A stretch of DNA of 64,000 nucleotides from IMG/VR virus record IMGVR_UViG_3300028832_000112, positions 41,681 to 105,680 of that record. The stretch is one strand, 5' to 3'. The notes beneath the pieces are model-generated. The model was not told the origin of the DNA. It did no database searches and was given only the letters and a program-made list of their open reading frames with translations. The position numbers were made by a program, and so were the translations under genes. This stretch comes from a virus (Duplodnaviria > Caudoviricetes). Numbering within the stretch: position 1 is the first letter of the stretch; every line of letters starts with the position of its first letter. This document shows, piece by piece, positions 8,057-18,102 of this stretch.

Positions 8057-10042
8057 ATGTGGAAATTCAAAACAAAAGGAACACTCCACATGTGTAATTA
8101 TCCAGAAGAATCCTCACGTCCATTGTCCACGATGGAATGCCAGAACGCCTTTGACCAGCTCGTCTCTGAGACGGAACAGCCCAAGGCAGATGCTAACTAT
8201 TCACCCGATCCTGAACGTATTGCTGATATTACTAATCAGTACAAGCTGTTTGCAAAGACATTGGAACCGAAGAAGTCCGACGATATGACCGACAACGAGC
8301 CGCTGCGCATTGTCGAGCGCAAGCCTACCGCCGATCCCCACTTCGACGAGATCAAGTTCAACCGTGAACCGACATTTGCCGAAGTGAAGCAGATGTGCAG
8401 TGACGAAGGCATGTCTATCGCAGACGAGACGATTCCTACTCTCACCAAGGAAACAATCGAAAAGGCTACAGAAGCGTTTGACGACGTGCCGACGGACGAA
8501 GCTGTGGACGTAGATCTGGACGAAGCTCCGGAAGAAGTCAACGAAGCTTCGAGCACCGAGTTCTTGGAAGAAGATGCGCCGGACGAAGGCGAAGAAGAAC
8601 CCAATCCGGTCAAGGAAGCTTTCGCGAAGGTCGCCAAGGAAGTCGACCAGCAGCTGAAGGACGAATGCGAAGGCAACTGCATCAAGTGCGACAACCATTG
8701 CCACGACAAGGTTGATGTGAAGGTGCCGTCCGAAAACGACAAGTTCAGAGCGTCATGCGCGATTGAGTTCTTGCACAAAAAAGAAATTGGCCAAGACAAT
8801 GTAGCTGACCACTTGGACGTTATTGACGATATCTATACGACGCTTACCGAAACACAGCTCAAGCTGGTAACGGATGAAGCTCCTTGGCTTACGGCGGTGT
8901 TCCAAGACGCCGATATTCGCAAGGCGGAACGCGAGAGCGCGGCGAGAAAAGAAGCCGAACTCGAAGCTGCCGATGAAAAGTCCAAGGCTCAAGCCGAACA
9001 GCTTACTAGCAAGCTCGAAGGAAAGACTGGCAACTGGGAAGCTGACGCACAGAAGGCCCAGTACGAGGCATGGACTGACCTAGTGAAGAAGTGGCCGACC
9101 TTGTCGAAGGATGTGCAAGACGTTCTTGAACGCATCCCTGGGTTCACCGCATTCCGAAACTACACGCAGTCCCAGATGAATTCTGAAGCATTCAAGCAGA
9201 AGATCGACTACGATCCGGAACAGACCGTGAAGGAAATGGCCAGAGCCCACGAGCTGGGAAACATTTCTGCCGCAGACGCCGCGAAGTTCATGGATGAACC
9301 AGACATGATCAGCAAGTTCGCTATGGGCAACAGTCCAGAATTCGACCAGCTGAACAAGGAACGCAACGAGTTCAGTACGAACAACTTCTCGAAGGCGACC
9401 AACATGTTCGAGAAGCTTCAGAATGACGGACATATTCCGCCGACGAACAAGGGTGCCGACCCTAGTCTGTTCTCAAATCAGACGTACCGCCAGTTCTGGA
9501 AGAATGCGCCTGAAGCTGAGCTCGGCAATACTCTTATCTTCGGCCCGACGCCTTGCATGTTCGATACGGTCAAGGACGGTAACGGTTTCGGAAAGGGTGA
9601 CTGCACGGTTGGCGATATCTTTGAACAAGAATACGCTCGCTCCAGGAAGGTTAATGCTAGTCATCCGATCGTCCAGCCGAAGAAGCCGCTGACCCCGGAA
9701 GAGTCCTTGGCGAACCTCATGACGGACTTGCCGAAGACGATGGTGAACAAGATTCTCGCCATTCCGAGTGACGACTGGAAGTTCAAGTTTGACGGTGAGG
9801 CGTTTGAACTTTGTTACAATGTCGCTTCTCGTACAATCCGCTTGTCGATGTTCAAGAAGAAGCTGGTGGACAGCGACCACTTGGGTAGCGTGTTCTCGTT
9901 GAGCTTCGTCAACGATGGCCCCGGCAGCGTTCAGTACAACCGTTCTTTCAACGCATTGAAGGATATCTCCGCCGCTGGCCCCAACGCAAAGCGTCTTTAC
10001 CAGTGGTTCGGTAAGATAATTGCAACATTCTTCAGCAAATAA
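8057..10042 (+). CDS. Large acidic hypothetical protein
   Basis: 661-aa ORF; acidic linker and CxxxCxxCxxHCH cluster; start may be at 8090. Confidence 0.8.
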   Translation: MWKFKTKGTLHMCNYPEESSRPLSTMECQNAFDQLVSETEQPKADANYSPDPERIADITNQYKLFAKTLEPKKSDDMTDNEPLRIVERKPTADPHFDEIKFNREPTFAEVKQMCSDEGMSIADETIPTLTKETIEKATEAFDDVPTDEAVDVDLDEAPEEVNEASSTEFLEEDAPDEGEEEPNPVKEAFAKVAKEVDQQLKDECEGNCIKCDNHCHDKVDVKVPSENDKFRASCAIEFLHKKEIGQDNVADHLDVIDDIYTTLTETQLKLVTDEAPWLTAVFQDADIRKAERESAARKEAELEAADEKSKAQAEQLTSKLEGKTGNWEADAQKAQYEAWTDLVKKWPTLSKDVQDVLERIPGFTAFRNYTQSQMNSEAFKQKIDYDPEQTVKEMARAHELGNISAADAAKFMDEPDMISKFAMGNSPEFDQLNKERNEFSTNNFSKATNMFEKLQNDGHIPPTNKGADPSLFSNQTYRQFWKNAPEAELGNTLIFGPTPCMFDTVKDGNGFGKGDCTVGDIFEQEYARSRKVNASHPIVQPKKPLTPEESLANLMTDLPKTMVNKILAIPSDDWKFKFDGEAFELCYNVASRTIRLSMFKKKLVDSDHLGSVFSLSFVNDGPGSVQYNRSFNALKDISAAGPNAKRLYQWFGKIIATFFSK

Positions 10043-10097
10043 TGTAATTTAAAACATGGACGCGGTCTGTGGGAAGCCGTGTCCGGCATAGTGGAGT

Positions 10098-10140
10098 CGG
10101 CCACCGAGAGAAATCTTGGTGGCCGCTTTTTTGATAAACT
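10098..10140 (+). terminator. Intrinsic terminator directly followed by ATAAACT
   Basis: CGGCCACCGAGA-GAAA-TCTTGGTGGCCG-CTTTTTTG-ATAAACT. Confidence 0.8.
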
Positions 10141-10167
10141 GCGATTAGCTTGAAACGATTGGCCACT

Positions 10168-11439
10168 ATGAACGAGATTGAACAGCTGAAAGAATTTTCG
10201 GCAATACTAGAATCCATCGAAATGCCGGAGCACTTGTCGACGGCGTTGATGGAAGCGTTCACGTTTACTCACCACGACTTTGTCATTCCGCCAGACCAGC
10301 CGCTGCCTCCAGAGATCGAGGCTGAAATTAAGCGTCGCTTGGAGAAGCTTGAACAAAAGAACAAGTCTTGGGGCATCCCGTTTGATCCGGTCGAGGCTCG
10401 CCGTAAACTGGAAACCCAAGCTCGAAAGTTCCCACAGAGTTTTTCGTTGGCTACTGACGCTGCGAAGAAAGGTCGTGAACGTTACGAGCAGTATTTGGAC
10501 AACATCGTCGGCATGAACATGCGCAACTCGTCCATCAGCGTACCGAATCCGCACGAAGCTCGCCAGAACTACTACAAGGCCGCAGTGGATGTCGTTGCGA
10601 GAACTTATCAGAAATATGGAATTCCGTTCGACGCACAGAAGAATCTCGATTACGTTATGCGCCATGACCGTGACAGCGACCACCGCGAGTTCGACCGTAC
10701 CACCGCGCAGAACCTCTCGTTCCCTACATTCGATGCGGCCAATACCAACAGAATCTTGAACATGCTCAAGCTTGAGAACTCCGCGCTCCGCACGGTGCTG
10801 CAGAAGTGCTACTGGTTCCTCGTAAACCTTCAGAAGGCCCAAGAGGAAGGTTCCGTCGGCGGATACTTGATGGTTCAGAAGATGAAGTATTCGACTGACG
10901 CTGTTCCTGAAGAAGCCAAGCCAGTCGCCAAGCTTACCGAGGAAGACCAAGCCGAGTTCGACCGCAAGGAAGCCGAACGCATCGCCAAGGAGAACGCTCC
11001 GAAGGGCTACCAGCCAGTCGCCTCTAGGGTGTCTTGCATCGGTGAACTCCGAAACGTGTTCAGCCGTCTTCCGTACTACAAGCTGTACCAGCGTTACGCC
11101 CAGTCCGCGAACCCAGCGCAGCTGGAGATGACTCCGAGACCGAACGAGAAGTTCTTCCAGTTCCTATGGCGAGTCAACCGTGGCGGCATTCCGGTAGGCG
11201 CTTTCGTAGACCACCTTGCGAAGGACATGAAGGCCGCATACCCAGAGATGGACTGGAACCGCACCCTCGAATACTACATGGACAAGGTAAAGGATTTCCG
11301 GGACTTCTCAAGGCTGTCGCAGCGCGATACCGAGAATGCATTGAAACAAGGTCTTATTACCCAAGACAATGCGGCGCTCTACAAGATCTGGTCGACCTTC
11401 CAATACATAAAGCAAGCGAAAGAAGAGCTCGGACGCTAG
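10168..11439 (+). CDS. Hypothetical, possible virion internal protein
   Basis: N-terminus LKE/ILES/LMEA; internal repeat (WGIPFD/YGIPFD); preceded by ATAAACT. Confidence 0.7.
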   Translation: MNEIEQLKEFSAILESIEMPEHLSTALMEAFTFTHHDFVIPPDQPLPPEIEAEIKRRLEKLEQKNKSWGIPFDPVEARRKLETQARKFPQSFSLATDAAKKGRERYEQYLDNIVGMNMRNSSISVPNPHEARQNYYKAAVDVVARTYQKYGIPFDAQKNLDYVMRHDRDSDHREFDRTTAQNLSFPTFDAANTNRILNMLKLENSALRTVLQKCYWFLVNLQKAQEEGSVGGYLMVQKMKYSTDAVPEEAKPVAKLTEEDQAEFDRKEAERIAKENAPKGYQPVASRVSCIGELRNVFSRLPYYKLYQRYAQSANPAQLEMTPRPNEKFFQFLWRVNRGGIPVGAFVDHLAKDMKAAYPEMDWNRTLEYYMDKVKDFRDFSRLSQRDTENALKQGLITQDNAALYKIWSTFQYIKQAKEELGR

Positions 11440-11446
11440 TCCTCGT

Positions 11447-11475
11447 TTGATTTTTGCTGAACTCCTTGCTATATT
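11447..11475 (+). promoter_or_regulatory. Early promoter
   Basis: TTGATT-N17-TATATT with TTGC. Confidence 0.7.
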
Positions 11476-11496
11476 TATGGCAAGGAGTTTTTTATT

Positions 11497-11667
11497 ATGA
11501 AAGTAATCATGCATCATCAGGTGACTGGCGGCGTCGAGAACGTCGACAAGTGGATCATGGAACAAGGACTTTCCTTGTCCGACGTCCAGATCGTGTTCAT
11601 GTACAATCCGCGTGGAAGCCGCTACATGGTATTCTACGAAGCCGAAGTGGAAGACAAGAAGAAATGA
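11497..11667 (+). CDS. Small hypothetical protein (56 aa, absent from ORF track)
   Basis: RBS AAGGAG; MKVIMHHQVTGGVENVDKW...; ATGA overlap with next gene. Confidence 0.7.
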   Translation: MKVIMHHQVTGGVENVDKWIMEQGLSLSDVQIVFMYNPRGSRYMVFYEAEVEDKKK

Positions 11668-12143
11668 GGAAATTGATGCCAGTCTTTTTCGCCGTCCTAC
11701 TGGTGGTGTCCTTGGCCCGTGCGGTAAGGATGGTTAAAAAGATTGCCGCTGGCACGGCGGCTGGCATCGCTGACTTCTACTCCCAGATCAGCATAGCCGA
11801 CAACTACTATGTCGGCGTTATGGTAAATGCGTGGAGTAAAAACGGCCCGATTCGTGTCGCATATCTATGGCGAGAAACCGCCACTAGGGATCGGCAGCTC
11901 GCTGATAATGTCAAGAACTATGTCGCTAGGCAGATTCCGTCGCTAAAGAGCGAACTGGTAGTCAAGAAGGCGTCACCAGTCAAGGATTCTGGCCGTGCGG
12001 ATATGCATATAGGGTCGATGTCGATGACTCCGGGTGTAACCGCCCAAGAGAAATTTATGCTCAGGACGGCATCCGCCATATTGTCCGCTGGTAAGATACT
12101 GCGCGAGGCACTAAAGAGGAAACCGAAATGGGACGACTTGTAA
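11664..12143 (+). CDS. Hypothetical membrane-anchored protein
   Basis: MRKLMPVFFAVLLVVSLA N-terminal hydrophobic segment. Confidence 0.6.
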   Translation: MRKLMPVFFAVLLVVSLARAVRMVKKIAAGTAAGIADFYSQISIADNYYVGVMVNAWSKNGPIRVAYLWRETATRDRQLADNVKNYVARQIPSLKSELVVKKASPVKDSGRADMHIGSMSMTPGVTAQEKFMLRTASAILSAGKILREALKRKPKWDDL

Positions 12144-12814
12144 GCATGACATCGTGGCGTGGAAGAATCCACCGTGTCGCTGACACTGTGGCTACCATAC
12201 GCGCACACGCGAAAAATGCGCACATCGTCCTTACTCTTGCCGAGGACGAGTTCGAAGGCGTCGGACTGCCTGAGCTGGGCGTGGACGAAGTCATCTGGTG
12301 CCCAAGGAACATAGGCCCATTCAAGAAGGTGCTGTACACGATGCGGCGCTATCCCGGCTGTCCAGTGCTGTCGGTCGACGACGACATTAGTTACGGACAA
12401 GTTGTCGATGCAATGTATGGCATGCACGAACGATACCCAGATGATGTTGTCAGCAACTTCCCCAATGTCAAGACTGGCGGTATCAGTCTGCCAAACGGAT
12501 ACGCTACTCTGTATCCGCCGAACTGTCTGGACGGCGCACTGGAGCTTCTGACGGACAGAATTGTGGCGACCAAGAACGACGATGCGTTCTATGGGCTTAT
12601 TTTAATGGAAAAAGGATACAAATTCCGTTACGCAATGCGCCACGATATTGCTATATTTGACAAAGACAACGACGGTTTGCACTTGCTGATGAAGTACCAC
12701 GGCAACGAAGACATCAAGGTCATCGTATCCGAGCTGTACAAGTCAGGCAAGTTCAACCCGACCGACCCAACATTCATCAGCAAATACCCAAAGGAGAAAT
12801 ATGTCCTACAATAA
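12128..12814 (+). CDS. GT-A fold glycosyltransferase-like protein
   Basis: VSMTSW..RI, GPFKK, SVDDD (DxD), LYPP, NDD motifs. Confidence 0.75.
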   Translation: MGRLVSMTSWRGRIHRVADTVATIRAHAKNAHIVLTLAEDEFEGVGLPELGVDEVIWCPRNIGPFKKVLYTMRRYPGCPVLSVDDDISYGQVVDAMYGMHERYPDDVVSNFPNVKTGGISLPNGYATLYPPNCLDGALELLTDRIVATKNDDAFYGLILMEKGYKFRYAMRHDIAIFDKDNDGLHLLMKYHGNEDIKVIVSELYKSGKFNPTDPTFISKYPKEKYVLQ

Positions 12815-13640
12815 TTTCAACATCGCCGTGTTCGAAAGCACGATGAAGAAAATCAATGACACGCCGTCCATCTACAAGGCGGTGGAAGCCGCTACGGCAG
12901 CCCAGAAGTATTACTTCGGCGACGCACCAGCACCCACGGTCGACCGTTTCGAAAAGCCGTGCGAACTCCGCTTGACGCGCAACCGCACCGTCGACGCTGG
13001 CCGCAAGGTGCTGAAGGACGATCCGACCGCCAAGGTCGCCATTCTCAACTTCGCAAGCGCCACTCGACCGGGCGGCGGAGTCACCTCTGGTTCCTCTGCA
13101 CAAGAAGAGTGCATCTGCCGCGTGTCTGGCCTCTACAAGTGCCTCACTACTCCGGAAGCCGTCAAGCGCTTCTACGACTACCACAAGACGAGCGTGGGCC
13201 CTCTGCACAACGATGACATCATCTACACGCCGAACGTCCCCGTCTTGAAGACTGACGACTACGACTTCCTCGACGAGCCAGTCTACCTCGACGTGATCAC
13301 TTGTGCAGCTCCTAACCTTCGCGAGAAGAACGTCTCCCAGTACAACCAAGAACGTGAACCCGCGCCGGACATTTCCGACGACGAACTCTACAAGCTCCAC
13401 GTGAGCCGCGCTCGCCAGATCCTCAACGTCGCTGCCGCCAACGGTGCGGACGTCGTTATCCTCGGTGCATTCGGCTGCGGTGCATTCCGCAACAAGCCGG
13501 AAGTCGTCGCCAAGGCTTACGCCGACGTCGTGCCTGACTACCTCAAGCAGTTCAAGGCTATCGAGTTCGCCATCTTCTGTCCGAAGGGCAAGCCGACCGA
13601 CAACTACGACGCCTTTAAGGCTGTCTTTGGGAGAAAGTAA
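12801..13640 (+). CDS. TIGR02452/DUF2263 macrodomain PARG (ADP-ribose glycohydrolase)
   Basis: LNFASATRPGGG..GSSAQEECICR, ILGAFGCGAFRN. Confidence 0.92.
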   Translation: MSYNNFNIAVFESTMKKINDTPSIYKAVEAATAAQKYYFGDAPAPTVDRFEKPCELRLTRNRTVDAGRKVLKDDPTAKVAILNFASATRPGGGVTSGSSAQEECICRVSGLYKCLTTPEAVKRFYDYHKTSVGPLHNDDIIYTPNVPVLKTDDYDFLDEPVYLDVITCAAPNLREKNVSQYNQEREPAPDISDDELYKLHVSRARQILNVAAANGADVVILGAFGCGAFRNKPEVVAKAYADVVPDYLKQFKAIEFAIFCPKGKPTDNYDAFKAVFGRK

Positions 13641-13641
13641 T

Positions 13642-14094
13642 ATGGTCGAGTTCCATCCGATTGACATGTACTTGCATTGCATCGAGACTGCGCCGATATT
13701 CCTCAAGCTGTTCTTCATCGTTGGCGGTGCTTGTATCGTGCTTCTGCTTACTTCTTTGGCCCTCATGCTGATCAACATTGTTTTCGACTGTTTCTCCGTA
13801 GAACATTGCTGGGATCCGTTCAGGTTCGCCCATCTGGTGACAATCTTTCCAGTTATGCTTCTGTTCATCGTGTTCCGCTTCTACGTCCAGCGCCGCACTA
13901 AGATGACGTTCTACGTGTTCGCATTTACCCAATGGGAACGGCCAATCATCGAATGGCTTGGTTGGGGATTCTCGGAACATTACTGGACTGTTGAGTACCA
14001 GAACGCTTTCGGTGCCAAGTGGGAAGGCGCTGACCTCGATACGACCGTGTATCGCAGACCAGACGACGTAGGCGAAAAGACTATTTTTGATTGA
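13642..14094 (+). CDS. Hypothetical membrane protein
   Basis: Two TM segments; RBS GGAG. Confidence 0.65.
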   Translation: MVEFHPIDMYLHCIETAPIFLKLFFIVGGACIVLLLTSLALMLINIVFDCFSVEHCWDPFRFAHLVTIFPVMLLFIVFRFYVQRRTKMTFYVFAFTQWERPIIEWLGWGFSEHYWTVEYQNAFGAKWEGADLDTTVYRRPDDVGEKTIFD

Positions 14095-14102
14095 GGTAGA
14101 CA

Positions 14103-14897
14103 ATGAATATTACACTCCCCAAAGACCTTCAGAACACTACTGCCGTGTACAGCCATGTTCTGGATCTGTTCGACTCGATGGTTGCAGACCGAGCCGTTAC
14201 TCTGTCCAAAACGGAAGAGTCTGTGACTCTGTTTGGCAAGGAACGCAAGTTTGTATTCAACATGGACTTCAGCGTAGAGCGCCGCGCCTCATTTCCGGTG
14301 CATCCAGAGGATGGCTTCAGTGGATCCCTTCCAGTCAGTTGTAGCATGCTGATGGAAGAATATGTCGCTAATTACGGCGACATTATCCAGCAAGCTATCG
14401 ATTTTGTCGATCCGGACGGTGCTGGAAAGGTTCCTACAAGTGACCATGGCATCACCGAAGACGATATCCACAACTACCAGATCGACTGGAACAAGTGGCA
14501 CGACACCGTCAAGGAATCCTTGGATGCGTTCGAGTTCGATAATGCCGCCGAGACTTGCAAGAAGCTTGGTCTGACTTGGTTCCAGGAATGTGACGAGGAC
14601 GACCTCGAAGTGAAGGCTGGCTATCTTCGTGAAGACATCGAGCAGATTGTCGAGCGTCTGATTGCCTTGCACGAACTCAACTGGGACGGGAAGACTCTCG
14701 GCGAGGACGGCTACAAGATTTTCGACAAGTGTCACGCATATCGCGACACCGACGGGGAACTTTATGCCGGACTGAAGCTTCGCCAGACATCGAGCGAAAA
14801 CTTCTTCGAGCCGCGCTTCGAAATCCGCTTGGTGAAATGCGAAAAGGACATTCCGTGGTTCAACATCAACCTGATTGCCGTAGGCCAGTTCTTTTAA
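14103..14897 (+). CDS. Hypothetical protein
   Basis: RBS GAGG; operon context. Confidence 0.75.
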   Translation: MNITLPKDLQNTTAVYSHVLDLFDSMVADRAVTLSKTEESVTLFGKERKFVFNMDFSVERRASFPVHPEDGFSGSLPVSCSMLMEEYVANYGDIIQQAIDFVDPDGAGKVPTSDHGITEDDIHNYQIDWNKWHDTVKESLDAFEFDNAAETCKKLGLTWFQECDEDDLEVKAGYLREDIEQIVERLIALHELNWDGKTLGEDGYKIFDKCHAYRDTDGELYAGLKLRQTSSENFFEPRFEIRLVKCEKDIPWFNINLIAVGQFF

Positions 14898-14909
14898 AGG
14901 AGAGTATCT

Positions 14910-15254
14910 ATGACTCAAGTCCAATTCTACATGACTGTGCTTCAAGCGGTCAGCTTGATCCTTCTGTTATCTGCGGTACATGTATCCAACCTTTCCTTGA
15001 AGGAAGAAAACTTGGAGATGCGTCGTTTCCACTGTTTTGAAGTAATTTCGTTGGAAGCACTCGCAATCGCCGTGTCATTGATTTACACTATTGTAGAGTT
15101 CGCCGAAGGGTACATCGTAATGCCGATTCTAGGTGTGCTAGAAATCGTGGCGGTGGCTGTCGGGATCTACTACATGGTTCGTTCGTATATCGGGTATGGC
15201 AAGACGATTGAGCTGATGAAGGAAGTTCCCAATGTCTCTAAGATGTCAAGCTGA
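14910..15254 (+). CDS. Hypothetical membrane protein
   Basis: Three hydrophobic segments; RBS AAGGAG. Confidence 0.7.
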   Translation: MTQVQFYMTVLQAVSLILLLSAVHVSNLSLKEENLEMRRFHCFEVISLEALAIAVSLIYTIVEFAEGYIVMPILGVLEIVAVAVGIYYMVRSYIGYGKTIELMKEVPNVSKMSS

Positions 15255-15681
15255 AATGAACTGGTACGAGGTGGGCAAGGAAACGCCTCGTGAACATATC
15301 CTACTGTTTCTTGTTACCGAAGATGAGCCAGAAACTCTCTACACTGGTGTCTATACTGAAGGCGGGTTCCGTCTTAGTGGGCAACAGTGTGCGGTCTTGC
15401 CGCTTGCTGGCACGAAGTTCACGCACTTTGCCTATGTGAATAGCAATATGCTGCCGAAGAACTGCAAGGAAGGCTGCGAAGGCAGCGGTTGGCACGTCAC
15501 CAAGGACGATGTTCCTGAGAACGACGAGCCAGTCGCCATCTATCCAAGCTTCCAAGGCCATCAGTTCGCCGTATGGAACAAGCACGAGCAGTGCTGGGAT
15601 GACGAGTCTGGCGACGACTACCTTTGCAAGAAAGACGAAGTCGCCAAGTGGTATCCAATCAACTGGGGAGGAGTCCTATGA
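15232..15681 (+). CDS. DUF551-like tandem-domain phage protein
   Basis: Two W.....P...THF/KW.P units. Confidence 0.6.
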   Translation: MSLRCQAEMNWYEVGKETPREHILLFLVTEDEPETLYTGVYTEGGFRLSGQQCAVLPLAGTKFTHFAYVNSNMLPKNCKEGCEGSGWHVTKDDVPENDEPVAIYPSFQGHQFAVWNKHEQCWDDESGDDYLCKKDEVAKWYPINWGGVL

Positions 15682-16028
15682 TGTTTTTGTCTGGATTGGC
15701 CGGGTTCGCCTTGGCTTGGATTATCGTCGGTATAGTGCATGCGGTAAAGACTCGCAAGAGTAAGAAACGGTACGAGTGGCTTGCCGAGGTCGACGGCGTT
15801 ACGTTCGTGATCGATACGTATGTGGTTGAATTGCTGTCCAAGGGTACTTTCGACGACTACTGCGACCGCCGCATCATCTTGAACAACATGCTGCAGTATT
15901 GCTATGGCATGATGGATGGCGGATGGAAGTCCGAGCATAAGGAAAAGGCGGCTCGTTGTGGCATAACCGTCGATACGGAGAACGAATCGCTCTCGTTCAC
16001 GCTTTCGCCGTTGAATTTGTCTGAATAA
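15678..16028 (+). CDS. Hypothetical membrane-anchored protein
   Basis: RBS GGAGGAG; N-terminal TM segment. Confidence 0.65.
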   Translation: MMFLSGLAGFALAWIIVGIVHAVKTRKSKKRYEWLAEVDGVTFVIDTYVVELLSKGTFDDYCDRRIILNNMLQYCYGMMDGGWKSEHKEKAARCGITVDTENESLSFTLSPLNLSE

Positions 16029-16047
16029 TATTTCGTCTCATAATAGG

Positions 16048-16076
16048 AAAGGGCCGGACAATGTCCGACCCTTTTT
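16048..16076. terminator. Terminator between convergent operons
   Basis: AAAGGGCCGGACA-A-TGTCCGACCCTTTTT. Confidence 0.7.
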
Positions 16077-16094
16077 GTTTGATTCAAGAAGAAC

Positions 16095-16853
16095 TTACTT
16101 GAGATAACTCGACAAGAACTCGTTGTGTTCTTGTTCGATCTTGATGGTTTCGTTGTTCTGGTCGATCATCTTCTGGATTTCTTCCTTGTCGTATTCGAGG
16201 AAGGATTCTTCGATGAAGCGAGCAATAAAGCGGTCGATGGCGTCGCCGTCGAAATCTTCGATCTTGTCGGCAGTGAGAACCAGAAGTCCGTCGCAGATGT
16301 CCAAGTTCGTCGGATAGATGTCGATCGAGTAGACGAACTTGCGCATGTACTCGTTGTAGATAAGCGATTCGTACAACGATACCTTGTTGTAGTCTTTGGA
16401 CATGTAGTCACCGAGCTTGGGGCTGCGTACGCAAAGTTCGGTCTCGTTGCTGTAGACCTTGTCGGAGAACCCGGCTTCCGGCTTGACGATGAACGGCATC
16501 TTCATGAAGTAGTTGGTGCCCTTGACTGGACGGAATCCGCCCTTGTTGTAGATGGACTGTCTGGTCTGCTCGTAGCATTCTTGCGTGTGCTTGCGCTTGG
16601 CGTCCATTTCTTCCTTCAGCTTGCCTTCCTTAGCCAGTTCGATCTTGTGTTCGATGTCGTTCACGATTTTGATCATTTCGGCCTCGTACTTGGCCTTCCA
16701 TGTCTTCTCGCGCCAGAGGAAAAAGACCTCGTAAAGTTCGGAACAGACAGTGGAACAGCGGATAGCCGTGTCCATTCCCCATTGTCCGTCGGCGGCTCGT
16801 TCGTTGCACCATGCGCTGAACTGCTTGAAGGTCATTGATTCGTATTTGCTCAT
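16095..16853 (-). CDS. Hypothetical protein
   Basis: MTFKQFSAWCNERAADGQWG phage-type N-terminus. Confidence 0.75.
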   Translation of the reverse strand: MSKYESMTFKQFSAWCNERAADGQWGMDTAIRCSTVCSELYEVFFLWREKTWKAKYEAEMIKIVNDIEHKIELAKEGKLKEEMDAKRKHTQECYEQTRQSIYNKGGFRPVKGTNYFMKMPFIVKPEAGFSDKVYSNETELCVRSPKLGDYMSKDYNKVSLYESLIYNEYMRKFVYSIDIYPTNLDICDGLLVLTADKIEDFDGDAIDRFIARFIEESFLEYDKEEIQKMIDQNNETIKIEQEHNEFLSSYLK

Positions 16854-17623
16854 TTGTTAGTCTCCTTGACTTTGTTGGGTTTCTTTTGGGCGAGTTTCTT
16901 CTTCGGCTTTTCGATGGCATGCAGCTGCTCGTAGATTTCGTGGAGGAATCCCTTGATGGTATCCACGCAGCTCTGCTCGGTCATTAGGCCGAACTCCAGC
17001 GTAGTCGCGGTCTCGTCGCTGGAAAGGATGAAGTGCGAAGGGTCGTCGAGGTCGCGGAAGTGTATTCCGCGCAGCGATGTCTTGTAGGTGAACTGCGCCA
17101 CGCCGCTGTGCGAATATGCGGCGAATGCGTCGCTGTTGCGCTGCATGTAGTTCGGATAAAGACCTTGGATGAAAAGACGGTCGTTGATGATTTCTACGGA
17201 AGTGACTACTCCGAAGAACGACTTGCCGACGTTGAACGAGAACTTGACTGTCTTTCCGATGCCGTTGTCCTTGAGGTACTTCAGCTTGCCTTCAATGAAC
17301 GCCTTTGCGGCCTTGTCAGCTTGCTCGATGGCCAAGTCGGAGATACGGCTGTCAAGCAAGGACAGCGTATTGGTTAGTTTGTCCTTGAGTATCTTCAGTC
17401 GTTCAAGGTCTAGTTCGCCAGTGCCTTCGGACAAGATGTTGTCGACGTTGCTCACCCAAGTAGTGGCGAGCTTTCCGTTGGCCATGGGGAACACGACCAT
17501 TCCGTCGTCGCGCTGGATTTCCTTCCTCGCGTGTACCCGCTTGCCGAGTCTAACTGTTTTCTGTTTCGAGACTTGAGCCACGTTGCATGCCTCCAAGTTA
17601 GTAAAGTTTAATTTGCATTTCAA
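16850..17623 (-). CDS. Hypothetical protein (coiled coil + beta domain family)
   Basis: Overlaps both neighbours by 4 nt. Confidence 0.7.
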   Translation of the reverse strand: MKCKLNFTNLEACNVAQVSKQKTVRLGKRVHARKEIQRDDGMVVFPMANGKLATTWVSNVDNILSEGTGELDLERLKILKDKLTNTLSLLDSRISDLAIEQADKAAKAFIEGKLKYLKDNGIGKTVKFSFNVGKSFFGVVTSVEIINDRLFIQGLYPNYMQRNSDAFAAYSHSGVAQFTYKTSLRGIHFRDLDDPSHFILSSDETATTLEFGLMTEQSCVDTIKGFLHEIYEQLHAIEKPKKKLAQKKPNKVKETNK

Positions 17624-18015
17624 CCGAAGAAGGCGAGTAATGCGCCCACGCCGCAGCCAATCAGGAATGCGATGATGTACTGTCCGATATTCTTCCAGTC
17701 GAGCTTTTGTTTGTACGGCTCGGCTTCGTCACCAGCTCCCCAGTAGTCGAACGCGAGGATGACGCCGTCTGGGTTAGGGCCTTGCGCGACGATGGTCTGC
17801 ACGGCAAATTCCATATCGTCCGCCGAGAAAGTCGCCTCGAAGATTTCATTCAACCAGCCAGCCTCGTCTTCGTGTGACTTGTTAAGAATGTCTTCGATCT
17901 GCGGAATGACTTGCGTACGGAACGCTGGTATTGCACGAGAAACGCCGGGTGTGGATTCGGCGTCGTCGATAAGGGTCGCGGTCTTTTTCTTGGGGTCGAT
18001 TTTTACTTTCAGCAT
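17620..18015 (-). CDS. Hypothetical protein with C-terminal TM helix
   Basis: MLKVKIDPKK start with RBS GAGGA, downstream of promoter. Confidence 0.7.
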   Translation of the reverse strand: MLKVKIDPKKKTATLIDDAESTPGVSRAIPAFRTQVIPQIEDILNKSHEDEAGWLNEIFEATFSADDMEFAVQTIVAQGPNPDGVILAFDYWGAGDEAEPYKQKLDWKNIGQYIIAFLIGCGVGALLAFFG

Positions 18016-18039
18016 AAGTGTCCTCGATAATTTGACCGA

Positions 18040-18102
18040 AATATAGCAATATAACGAAATTATGGCAAACGCATTGCCAACATTTTGCAATATTGCTATA
18101 TT
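18040..18102. promoter_or_regulatory. Divergent early promoter pair
   Basis: Minus: TTGCCA-N17-TATATT (18068-18040); plus: TTGCCA-N17-TATATT (18074-18102). Confidence 0.75.
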
